A stretch of 63,798 nt of DNA, filler included, from Choristocarpus tenellus KU-1152 (taxonomy: Eukaryota; Protista; Phaeophyceae), in the NCBI GenBank assembly GCA_964200185.2. It is 10 parts of 10 records of this genome, joined end to end, with 100 filler letters (N's around TTAATTAATTAA, not from the genome) between each part and the next. Parts side by side here need not be neighbours in the genome. Positions count along the whole stretch, not along the records: positions 48,827 to 60,033 come from CAXNAD020002451.1; positions 60,134 to 63,798 come from CAXNAD020018633.1; 8 more parts are not named here. The stretch is one strand, 5' to 3'. Positions 50,167 to 61,570 of this stretch are shown piece after piece. The translations under genes were made by a program, and so were the position numbers. A model generated the notes under the pieces. The model saw only the letters and a list, made by a program, of their open reading frames with translations, made no database searches and was not told the origin of the DNA. Every line of letters begins with the position of its first letter. Position 1 is the first letter of the stretch.

Positions 50167-51728
50167 CTGTGCGTGATCGAAGGAGAACTCCCCCTCATCA
50201 GCCAAGGCTTTCAATTTATCCAATGGCAACATAACCACGGATTCTTCCTCCTCTCCCGCCCGTTGTGCGCCCACATTATCCACTCTCACAGCATAGGCTA
50301 CGCTAACCGTGTGTCTGCGCGTATCCCGAGAGGGATTGTCGTATACCTTGGGAGATACGATCAAATACGCTGATTTTCAGTACCGATCGTTTGCTGATGG
50401 AGGGTACCAAGACGAAAAGAGGCACCATGAAAGCACATGAATGACCAACGGAAGCGCCAAACAAAGATGGAGCAATTGAAGCAACAGCCATTGGCACACT
50501 CACCCTAGGGAGCATGCGCAGATTAGACACATGTAGTCCTGTCTCCTCCCAAACCTCTCGAGTCACTGCCTTTTCCAAGGTCTCCCCAACGGCTACGAAA
50601 CCGCCCACACACGCCAGCTTACCATTGTCTTTTCTTCGGATGACAAGTACTTCCTTCACCTGAAGCGGGCACCCAAACAAAACGCCGAATGCAAAGGGGG
50701 GGAAGAATATGTTTCTCAATTCAAACTGGAAGACCACCGGTGACCCAACTGTGTACTAGGACCCTTGAATTATCTGCTCCAAAATAATAGCTGTCAATAG
50801 GTCGACTACTAACTTTATCCTTTCATTCTTTCATCGGCATCGGGGAAACGTACAAAGGACAATGAAGGCGGGGACAGCAATAGGAGAACAGCACCACCTC
50901 ACGCTACAATCGAAGGACTTCAGAGATCCCATCTGGATTTATCGGTATTAAATTCTTGGGATGGACTTGGAAACTATCACTTCGCCGTGAGAAGTAGTTA
51001 AACATTCAGGAACCCTATGAAGTCCAAGTGTCAAATCCCGACTTGAACAGGTGGGCATTCCAATTTTAGCTACGGAAGGTAGTAACTTAGGGCTAGGTTT
51101 GGAAACGCTTCTGGTCGCACCTGGCCTGTGTGTGGATCTGTCAGCTCAATCACAGCATCGATAGCAAGGCTAGGAGTGCACATACAGTAATTGTCTCCAC
51201 CACACCAGCAGGAGCCCTCAAAAGCCGTAGAATCGCCAGCAAAATGCCTAGGGCAGCTTCTTGTACTTTCTAGAGACTGCTTACAGCGACAGCAAATAGA
51301 ATTTGGGGTGCAGAAGGCGGACTTGGAACCCGAAGCGCACGAGGTTATTGCCGGCCCCAAGCACGACTACAATAAGTACTCTAAAAGATCGAAAATGTTT
51401 GGAGGGATGGAGTATAACAATACGAAAGTGCTAGTAACTCGATCTCCCCACTAATACCGCGCGAATAGGCACAGCTCTTCCATCAAACAAAACTCGAAAT
51501 GGCCATGATGCGCACAAACTGGTGAATACGTAAGAGTTCTGTGCTCCAATTGATCACCTTGTTGCGGTGGGCTGCGGCCGAACTGTACATCACTGTCATG
51601 ATTGCTGCCAAGGATATTACTGCCCAAACGATCATTTTTAATCGTATCTTCAGGACACCTTTTCCATGAGGACGTATTGGTCGACCACCTCGAGAATCAT
51701 CAGGGCGAAGTTCGCCAGGAAAAGGCAT
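50167..51728 (-). CDS. Nudix hydrolase with N-terminal TM anchor and Cys-rich domain
   Basis: Exons 51728 (or acceptor at 51737)-51558, 51366-51121, 50659-50504 and 50346-50167, all phase 0 GT-AG. Canonical Nudix box [23 protein letters not shown]; also [17 protein letters not shown] and FDHAQ, typical of ADP-ribose pyrophosphatase-like Nudix proteins. Last exon not identified. Confidence 0.92.
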
Positions 51729-52309
51729 TAGCACCTCCTGAACCTCTGTAGATATGGATGTGTGAAGGTTTGTGACAAGGTGGGATTCAAAATATTACGA
51801 ATATACGCAAGCGTATATTTTGTGTCGGTAGAAATATATCTTGTGACATATATTTCATAAACGACGAATACAGAATAATATTAACTGTGTGAGTCTATTG
51901 ATATCGTTCTATTCTGAATCATATTCTATCTATTCCTTCATTTTTACATATTATTTCATTTTGTAGATGTTTCACAGAGTAAGTCAACTCAAATCATAAG
52001 AATCTTCTTTCTATGTTCTGTGTTTCTTGCTACAAAAAATGGTACAAATGTTAAAAGTGAGTGATTAACGGTCAAACAATAGCTCATAATAATCACATAT
52101 GTATATTTTTCATTGGTTTTTCCCCTGACACATCTGCAGAATATCTCCAAATGTCAACCAATACATGGACCATTGCAAAAATAAAGGTTTTCTGGCATTG
52201 TGTAGATGTGTTGGGGAAAAAGTCAAAACATCACAAAAGACCCCTCTAAAAAGTAACACTTGTCGTAAATGATCAAATATAACTCTCCAAATAATGTGGA
52301 AAGTATGTA

Positions 52310-52370
52310 GAAAGCATGTTTGTCTGTCTGTCGTTATACCGTTATTGCTGTATGGCATATACCGTTATTG
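52310..52370 (-). repeat. Short dispersed repeat shared with 46135-46188
   Basis: AAAGCATGTTTGTCTG...GTTATACCGTTATTGC.GTATG is the inverted match of CATACGGCAATAACGGTATAAC..CAGACAAACATGCTTT. Confidence 0.75.
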
Positions 52371-52389
52371 GAAACAAAAATGTGATAAA

Positions 52390-53030
52390 TATTAACACCT
52401 TTGCGGTGGAAAGTTTTGGGCGCCTCGGCAAGCAAGCGGAATGCTTCCTGGATGAGCTGGCTACTCATATGCTAGGGGGGAGAGGAGCAGTAGGATATCG
52501 TAGGAAAGGAGTAGTTAAATCCAGGCTACGCCAAATCGACTCGGTGACTACGAAAGTGGCATTGTCTCGACGTGTCATGCGCTTTAAACTAGAGTCACCA
52601 GGGAGATGGGCACAGAGGGGTTTGTTGGATACTTGGGATGCCTCCCTAGCTCTCCCCCCCGGGGCGCAGGAGTAGGTAGAAGGGAAGCACAGGAAGACAG
52701 TAGTACAATATTGATAGTGGTGAAGTAACTGATAGATTAGTGGTTTTCACACTTACAGTGTTTTATAGTGTTTTCGCATTTATGATATTTTATTTCTTTA
52801 GGGCTTATACTAACATATGTATTTTATTATTATGCCCTCTGGCATTTTGCAGATGTGTCAGTGGGGAAACAAATGAAAACTATGCATATGTCGTTATTAG
52901 CCCTAAAGAAATGAAATATCCTAATAAACGTGAGAGCACTATAAGACACTGTAAGTGTGGAAATACATATGTATAGTTGTCATTTGTTTTCTCCCTGATA
53001 CATCTGCAAAATGTCAGAGGGCATAACAAT
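52390..53030 (+). mobile_element. 5'-truncated CRE-like non-LTR retrotransposon (RLE C-terminus + 3' UTR) with nested antisense copy
   Basis: TFAVESFGRLGKQAECFLDELA resembles the end of the restriction-like endonuclease domain; stop at 52675; 3' end GAGGGCATAACAAT near 53030. More 3'-end fragments at ~52095-52150, 53097-53143, 53722-53780 and 53802-53845. Confidence 0.75.
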
Positions 53031-54242
53031 GAAATACATATATAGTGTGTAACCACCCACATCTATCTGCGTATTGTCATAGTTTCATCCTTTTTTATTA
53101 TTATTATGCCCTCTGACATTTTCCAGATGTGTGAGGGGGGAAGTGAAAGTTTATGAAGTAGTCTGAGTTTTGTGGGCGGAAGAAGTCTGGTTTGCTGGGG
53201 GCACAGGACAAGGGAAGGGAGTAGGAAGAAAAAGAAGGAAGTAGGAAGAGAACGAATAGTTAGAGAGGAACGTTAATGGAAACGAGTGGTAGGAAGAGAG
53301 TAGGAGCAGAATTCAGTAAGTAATAAGAAGGCTGAGAACCAGGGGTATAGGACAAGGAGAGGAGACCAAGGCAGCCTCCGAGCAAGCTCTCCCGCCCACC
53401 CACCCTGTCGCTTGCTCACGACTGACGGGAATACTGGGAGGGGGGGGAGGGGGAGGGGAGGTCAAGTTACGGCGGAGTAGATGTCTTCTAGCTCAAAGGC
53501 ACGGTTTGAAGTGGATCGTGAAGGGGTGTTCTTGGATGATTTTGGAGTGGTGTTGAGTATTGTGGGAACTGCTGTGGGGTTGAAAGGTGGGGGATGGCTG
53601 GCAATCAGGGATGAAGGGCATTCGCACTGGTTGGTCATCAAATGGGAAATGGAGAATAGAGGAATGGCAAAAAAGGAATAAGCAAATAATAATAATCCAG
53701 AATTCGTGAGCAAAACAAAACAAATGAAAACTATACATATGTCAGTATAAGCCCTAAAGAAATAAAATATCATAAATGTGAATTATTTCATATATTTCAT
53801 ATTATTATGCCTTTTGACATTTTGGAGATGTGTCAGGGAAAAGCCAAACCAGTATCACAAGGATCCTTGTAAAAGTAACAATGACATAATGTTGAAGACA
53901 CCTCTCCAAAAACGTTTTCTATTTTAACACTACCTGTACTACGATGTTCCCTTTAAAGGTTGGTAATTGCAACGTAAATGCATGCACTGCTGCTATACCT
54001 CAAACCCAGCTCAGCCGTACAAACGTGGTCATAGCTGTGTTTGACTCTTGGATAGGTAGACTGTATGCACCATACAGGACTTTAAGCCTCTACACAGGAC
54101 ACTTCACCAGACTCAACAATCCAAGGTTCAGTAGCGGCATATGTCCCGAATGTTGACTTAAGCCTCTTCTCTTTTCAAGCCGCAGCAGGTATGAGTGGGA
54201 AATGCACTGGAGCAAGCAGTACATTCTCAATCTTAGATGGCG

Positions 54243-55385
54243 AACTAGTCTTCACAAGAAATCCTAGATGTCACTGTCCCCTTACAATCAACATATTTCG
54301 CCACGACTGACCTAAAATGCTGGAACCGTTATGGAGGCCACCATCACCCCCTCGCTTACACCTCACACTACCCACACCAATGCCTAAATCAACCTTAACA
54401 CAGCTATTCCTATGAACTGAGTCAAATTAAACGAGAGGTACCCAGGTTTTGTCGTCTTTTTCAATTCACCCACATATCTTTGGATGAACAAATTACATTG
54501 GCTTAAAGAGCGTTAATTTCTCTGTTTGAAAAAAAAATTCCATAGAAACCAGAAAGGTTCCTATACTAGATTGTGCATGAGGTCGAATTTTGAACATATT
54601 TGTCAGGATCCGTAAATGGAACTGTGCATTCCTCGTTTAGTTTGACTCACTAGTTTGCACAAGAAATCCTGGTTGTCACTATACCCTCTACGGTCAACAT
54701 ATTTCGCCATGCCACCCCCCAAAAATGCTGAAATTGCTGTGGAGGCCACCATATCCCCTTCACTCACTCATACCTATGTCGAAATCAACCTTTTCCATAG
54801 CTATCTATTCCTATGAACTAGTTTCCACAAGAAATCCTCGTTACCACTATACCTCTATGGTCAACGCATTTTGCTGCAACCAGCCAAAAACACTGAAACT
54901 GCTCATTGTAGTTTCCACAGGAAATCCTCAAGAAATCCTGGTTGTCACTATACCCTTCTACAGTTAACGCATTTCGGTGGGACTGGGGAAAAAGGCTGAA
55001 ACTGCTCTAGAGGCCACTATCGTCCCCTCCCTCACACCTTACGCTATCAACCAGGATTTTGGGATGGTCGGGGCGAAAACGTTTACCGTAGAGGGGATAG
55101 TGGTAACCATGATTTCTTGTGAAGATTAGTTCATAGGAGTAGATAGCGATGGGCAAGGTTAATAATGTCAACATTGGTGTGGGGATCAATGGGTTGAGCG
55201 AGGGGGTGGTAGTGGCCTCGCGAGCAGTTTCAGCATTTTTGGCTCGTTACGGCAAAATACGTTGACCATAGAGAGTATAGCGACAATTAGGATTTCTTGT
55301 AAATGCTAGTTCATAGGAATAGATAGCAATGGAAAAGTTCAATGTCGATCTCGCTGTGGGGAGCGTGAGTTGTAAGCGAGGGACT
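54243..55385. repeat. Foldback-like composite repeat of reiterated subunits
   Basis: Core CAAGAAATCCT.G.TGTCACTATACCC.CTA.GGTCAAC occurs four times on + (~54253, 54658, 54826, 54929) and twice inverted (~55081-55121, 55261-55300). Confidence 0.75.
54419..54648 (+). mobile_element. MITE family M (230 bp)
   Basis: 17-bp TIR GAGTCAAATTAAACGAG / CTCGTTTAGTTTGACTC (1 mismatch). 3-bp TSD ACT, confirmed against the uninterrupted subunit CTATGAACTAGTTT at 54811. Confidence 0.85.
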
Positions 55386-55873
55386 GATGGACCATTAGAT
55401 ATACAATGTTCATCTTGATCCTCCACCACTTGCTTATCTGATTATTTTTCTTGTAGAGACAGAAGTGAGGACGACAGAATTGAGGGCAGGTTTTCCCTAA
55501 CCTGGTTGAGAGGCCATCCTTTGTCAGCACAAAAAACAGTTTCACTGAACATCCTGCCTTTGATGAAATGGCCAGATGATAATGATCTGACTGTTAACCC
55601 TCCCCCTGGTCATGGGGAGGGAGACCAGGTTGACAAGAGTCTGTCCAAACGCACTACCCAAGACAGTGAGAGGGGTGTAGGGCATGTCTCATTACCGAGA
55701 TCGGAACACTTTCCTCAGGTAGGTGTTATCTCAACAGCTTCCCGTACTACACCTCGCCAGTTGGAAGGCTAATTCCCTGCTGATCCAGGCCGTTAACCTT
55801 ACATTGACTTGAGTTGAACTAGGCTGTTCGAATTGATTCTACCAACTGTGTCTAAGATAAGTAGCAGTATACA

Positions 55874-56052
55874 GTCGCAAATTATTTGGGAGGGGGTGGC
55901 GGCTGTCCATTTGGGGTCAATTTTTTCATGTCTAGAGTTTTGGGTGATTTGGTTCCTTACGTTGGATGGATAAGGAAAGTGCACTTTTCCTGGTTTTGGT
56001 CCAAATGAACACTCTGGTGTAGACCCCCACCCCCCCCCAGATACTTTGGGTC
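55874..56052 (+). mobile_element. MITE family S copy inside 5' LTR
   Basis: Family interior and right TIR; 3-bp TSD ACA confirmed against the empty site in the 3' LTR. Confidence 0.88.
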
Positions 56053-56222
56053 ACATATAGATCAGTATCCAAGAGTTATTAGTTTGGTAAACTAGTATTT
56101 CCTGTTGCATATGAATGGAAGGATAGGAGTTCGCTCTATTGACCATGGTGAGGTTGTATGGTCAACCAACCCGTCTGTTTAAGATAATCTACTCCTCTAC
56201 AACATTTGGCATTACTGTATCC

Positions 56223-56545
56223 TGTCGTGAGGTAGGGTCCAATCAGTCGTGGGGGGAGTTCAGAATCACCAGTTGTGTCACGGTGGGGTGCTTCTAGCAA
56301 GCCCAATGCTCTCTCAGCCATCAAATCTGAGGAGAAATTTGAAGAGAATCCCAGTTCCAGTAGTTGACATCACATCTTTGTGACCGTCAACGGTAAGAGG
56401 TCTGAGAATTGTTAAGTGTTCACTGTGTTTGTTGTTGGTGGGAATATAATAATAACAAAGAAATATGCGCGCAATGCACTTTTGTTTGCGCGCGGATATG
56501 GATTTGGACTGAGATCACGTACCAAAAAGCGACCTACCCGTCACA
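56223..56545 (+). repeat. Solo LTR-like element nested in 5' LTR
   Basis: TGTCGTGAGG...CCGTCACA flanked by ATCC/ATCC; absent from the sister LTR; second copy at 47841. Confidence 0.8.
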
Positions 56546-58809
56546 ATCCCTTCAATTGTCACTCTTATCCATCCATCAGTCGTGGGATACTTCAACGCAA
56601 TATATTTTTAGGCATGATTTCCTTGAGCGCCTCAGCGTAAGCATACAACCGAGTAGGAGCTTGCTTGAAAGCAGTACTCTCCGTGCCCGACTTACCGCAG
56701 GGGTAGTTGGCATAGGGTGCTTCCTGCCACGAAGTACTCATTTAATCATGTACTGTCGGCTTTACGCGTCGAAAGACTCCTGCCTTTGCATGAGTTCAAA
56801 GAACCTGACCTCATAGTCGGAGTCACGATGTTCGCATTATATGTGTACTTCTTGGCAGAAGACTCCCTATTCTCAGTACCTCTACTGTGAGTCGGGCGCG
56901 GAGACTGGTGCGCATTCTCCATCCAAAGACATGATAGGTACGGGTAGAAACCTAGGGTTGGTACCCATGACACTTAAAAGTGGTCCACGGACAGCGGCCG
57001 TTATTTCTAACAAGCTGATCCCTGCACAAGATGACGCAGACAAGCGAGGTAATGCAGTCAGAGCTGCAGCTGTGACCAAGTCTGCACCAGATGGACCTGG
57101 AATAGTCGCCACACTTATCCCGGAAGGGGCATGTCCATTGATTGGAGATGGCATCATTCTTGCTTATATATATAGAGAGAAGCAGTCGCCGTACCTGCCA
57201 CGAAGAGAAGCAGGGCATCAGGAGCGTTAGTTAAGCCTCCACTAGAGAGGGAAGGAGCAACTACATCTGAAGTGCTTGCTCCGATGGAACATCTCCACAA
57301 TCCCCCACTCGCCTGTAAAACGACTGGAGCCGAGTCTCCAATTCGTAAAGGAGAAGGAGCCAAGCGGGCAACCCGTGGAGGGGAAGGTCGTGCTAGTACT
57401 GAGGTGCTTGCCGTGATGGCAGACTTCAAAGCCCTTCTGCTCGCCTGTGAAAAGGCTCAAGCTAAGCCTCCAACTCCTGAGGGAGAAGAAGGATCTAAGC
57501 AACCAACCCCGATAGGGGAAGGCGTTGCTCTTTCCAACGTGGTTGCCACAATGGCAGACCTTGATGACTCTTGCAGGGAAGGCACCCTGGCAAGGCAGGT
57601 GGACAGCAAGGGCTTCCAGCAAAAGACTGGTGGGATTGGGGGAGTGGAACTCCACAAGCCTCATCAAGGGAGGGGAGGCCGTGCCATGTTGCCTGGTCCT
57701 AAATATTCATTTACCATCCCCGTGCCCTCGTGTATCGCCTGTCCCATTGCAGAGCAGAGTAGGTGGAATATTAAGCACTTCCAAAGTGGCCCATTTTTGT
57801 TCACCTGGCATAGAGCGCCACATGTCTAACCAGGGGAGGGGATGCAAAGGCATATTGCTAAGGCTAGTCGATCTTGAACTTCCTTTCCTCCCATGTGCTG
57901 CCTGGTGCACTACTGGACCCAAAGGGGTCTAGAGACATCCCCAAAGCTGCATGATGGATAGTTGCAGCTCAAGTGCGTTGTGTATGGTTGGGCCTCATGT
58001 CGACTACACATGGAATCCAGGTACCATGGCGACGCTTCAGGAGGCATTGCATTGATTGGGGTTTTGGGTTGTTCTACTTATATGACAAGGTAGTCATGAT
58101 GGACTCTGTTCTTTTTGCTTGGCATTCCCACTGATTGGTGTTTGGAAGCCGTTGTGTTTCATAGTGCATTGTTCCTGCATTATTACTAGCTGAAAGTCAT
58201 TTCAAATAGTGAACTGTATGTCCAGGGGCTAATTTGATATCCAATGCCTCATGTGACTAGGAAAGTCATAGTTGCATGGTTAGTTTTTGCTGAACTACCA
58301 GGGCTAGCTATATGTAGTACTCACATGTTGTTGGATTTGAATTTCACGTCTGTTTGGAGTATTGTTCACCGAGTTAGTGGCTAGCTATGTCTAGGGACCG
58401 CTCAAAGTTCTTTGAAATAGGGAGAGTGTTCAAATAGACTCTCCCAACTGTATCAGAGATAACTAGTAGTACACATGTAGAGTCAGTGTGCAAGAGTTAT
58501 TAGTTGGTAAACCCATACTAGTTATTTTATTTGAATGGATGGATAGGAATTGGCTCTATTGACCATGGTGCTTGAAGGTTGTATGGTCGCCCCCTCTGCT
58601 TCAGATTACCACTCTAAAACATTTGCCATTATCCCTTTAATTGTTATATTTAATTGTCACTCCTATCCATATATGAGTCGGGGGATACTTTAACACAGGC
58701 AGGAAACGCATGCAAGAGTTCAGTTGGAAGGGAGTGCAGATGTTGGTGTGGTATCTCCCGTTGCTAGTGTAGACAGGAACCATGCTGCTCATGCCTGGGC
58801 AATACAGCC

Positions 58810-59915
58810 ATATGCCTGAGTCGGTGTTACTGCATACCTGTCTTGTTTCGGAGAAGGGTCTGTTTTAGCCACGTGTTTGGCCTTGAGTACTTCGAAACAC
58901 CTTCCTCCTCATTGGTTCGGCTTATGGTCAGTATGGTGCATGAGTTGGACCTGAGAATATGACACCTAGATGTAGATCAGTTCTTTGTTCAATCTGACCT
59001 TAGATTAGGAATTGTACATGCACCTCCGACAGGGATGTGAAGATCCCTCCCATACGGCTGTGCACCGCTATGTGTCCCTGTATGGTTTGAAGCAAGCCTT
59101 TAGGATTTTGGAATGTCAAGTTGGTTTCCACTCTCAAGTGAATGATTTTGATCAGGGTCTGGGCCTAGTATCCTTTTTAGGTTGAGGAGGTATGGTGTTA
59201 TGAAGATGATGCTTGTAGTTAATGTAGGATGACATTTTCGTTCTGGCTTCTGGTGATGATTGAATTGATTTTTTCCCTTTCCCAAATGCAAATCCACCGC
59301 TAAGGACCTTGGCTTGTTATCTCACTCCGTTTTCTCGCTACATTTACATGAGAGACTGGAAGCTTGGTACCCTCTCCGTCACTCAGACTAACTATATTTT
59401 GACGGTTTGTGTGATCATTTTTCCTCCCAATGAACTAGTCCCATCCCTGCTCCCCTTCGAGAAAGATGAGAGTCTGGGAGGGAGATCATTTGTTGGACGC
59501 TTCCCCCTTTTCAAGAGACGGTTTGGGGGTTGATGTGGTTCGGCAATATGACCAGACCAGATGTGTCTAGTGCAGTGAGGGCTGTAGCGTCTCGTTCTCA
59601 TGCTCAAAGTCATGTGCATTGGAGAACTGTCACTCAGACCCTCAAAATACCTCCAAAGGATGGTGGGAGTTGGGTCTGACCAATCAAAAAGGAGAAGGAC
59701 TGGACCCGGTGGGCTACACTGATGTGGACTTTGCCAATGAGACCTTTGAGAAGACATTCTGTATCAGGGGGGATGGTGATGTGGAGGGGGGGTGCAGTAG
59801 TCTGGCTTTCTAGGACCCAGTGTGTCATTGCACAATTCACTCCAGAAGCAAAGTACATAGCCATAGGGGACTGTGTGAAGGAATTGTTGTTTTTGAGGAG
59901 TCTTGGGATTTGTAT
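58810..59915 (+). mobile_element. Copia RT-RNase H remnant, same family as 1-1159
   Basis: Nucleotide similarity to the window start (ACATGC.CCTCCGACAGGGATGTG); motifs HLDVDQ, LYGLKQA, YTDVDFA and EAKYIAIGDCVKELLFLR; heavily decayed. Confidence 0.9.
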
Positions 59916-60710
59916 GACCTGACACGAGCAGCTCTTACTAAATGGTGTATGAAGACATGTTACAGGCGAATAGCGCGAGCGTTTCTTCTTGTATTTCAAC
60001 GAAGTGCAAGCGTTTGTTACACGCGAATAGCACNNNNNNNNNNNNNNNNNNNNNNNNNNNNNNNNNNNNNNNNNNNNTTAATTAATTAANNNNNNNNNNN
60101 NNNNNNNNNNNNNNNNNNNNNNNNNNNNNNNNNAACAAGGAGGTTCGTATCCATGTATCCTCTTCCCTCCCCCACAGCCAATCCCCCAAAACCCTTATAT
60201 TCACCCCTCCCCCCCCGCCCTCCCCCCCCCCTACCACTACACTTTCAATTTGTTCCGGAAGGCAATAACAAAATAACGACAGACGCCTGTCTCACTGATT
60301 TGGAATTCGCATCTCTAAACAACCCCCGCTCACCACGAACGAATCTGCAAGCTCATATAAAAAACAAACAAAAGAGAAGACGACAGCCCAATCGGCTTGC
60401 TATCCAGCCAGCCGTCTGCACGATTGCCTCGTGTCCAAGAGTTTGTACAACATACAAAAAAATACATTAATGTAAAAAATATTAACATAAAAAATATTAA
60501 ACATCATTGTCGTGCTGTTGTCGCTGCAACCTCCGTGGTGACAAAAAAAACAGAATAGACAAACAAACAGAATAGGCTCTTCTCCATTTTTTCACCAATG
60601 CACTACTTACTTGGTACTTCAAAAAAGGAGGAAAAACAAAAAAAAATCCACTTTCCCCTGCTAGCTGCTTGTCAACTGGTGCACTATTAGCCCAGGATGA
60701 CTCATCCGTA

Positions 60711-61539
60711 CCTTCATGAAATCTGCCAAGCACAGCAAGAGGAAGCTTTCGATTTGATCCGCCTTAACCAGCGTCTCATCTGGTTGACCTACAGCATTAC
60801 CTCATACATATATATATATATATATATATATGTATTTTGATATCATTATATATACATACATATATATTATCCAACTATGGCCAAAACAGAGCATAACCGC
60901 GCCAAGCCTCTACCAGAACCGCAGGAGAGTCTCTCTCATGAAAAATAAATAAAATCTACCTGTGACGCCTCCCTCGCACTCCCAAAGGCCAAAAACTCGT
61001 TAAAGAAAACCTCATTTTTCCCACATCAAACCAACAATGATGGTTAATAAAAACAATTACGATTCACCATCGATAAAATGATTTCCTCGACATCAGCACT
61101 AAACCTCTCCGGGAACCTCTTGATCGCAATCCAACTCCGCCAAGTGTGCAATATATATATACATATAAACACTACAAACTTCAAACGCACCACTGAAAGC
61201 CACATTTTATTTATTTATTTTCATACTATTTGAACGATATTATTCTGTGCAAAAATAATAAAACAGTCAGCAAGGCTATTTTGCTACAGTTAGTTTAAGA
61301 GTGCTCCACCACACACACACGTTCACCTCTTCTCCATCGCCATCAGAGCCGCCCCCTTGCTCCCCCGATCTCTCTTCCTCTGGAGCGCCCACACGGACAC
61401 CAGATTCCTTCAGAACCTGGGCATGCATGGAAGAAGGAAGGTCAGCCCTATGCATGCACTCAATTTACATTAAATGTTTGAGCCCCTCACACTGTAGTGA
61501 CAACACCGTAAGTATCGATTTTTGGCAGATCGCCACAGT

Positions 61540-61570
<31 letters not shown>

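Larger units (their letters stand above)
55825..58695 (+). mobile_element. Complete non-autonomous LTR retroelement (LARD/TRIM-like)
   Basis: 5' LTR 55825-~56597 (with two insertions) aligns with 3' LTR 58427-58695 (TGTTC...TAACA, after purine tract AGGGAGAG). Flanks TAGGC/CAGGC form a 5-bp TSD with one transition. No gag/pol motif recognised inside. Confidence 0.8.

Noticed and set aside
8076-51728. Apyrase + dephospho-CoA kinase + Nudix as a nucleotide/CoA metabolic gene cluster
   Set aside because: The three genes are on different contigs separated by synthetic linkers, so the adjacency has no support.
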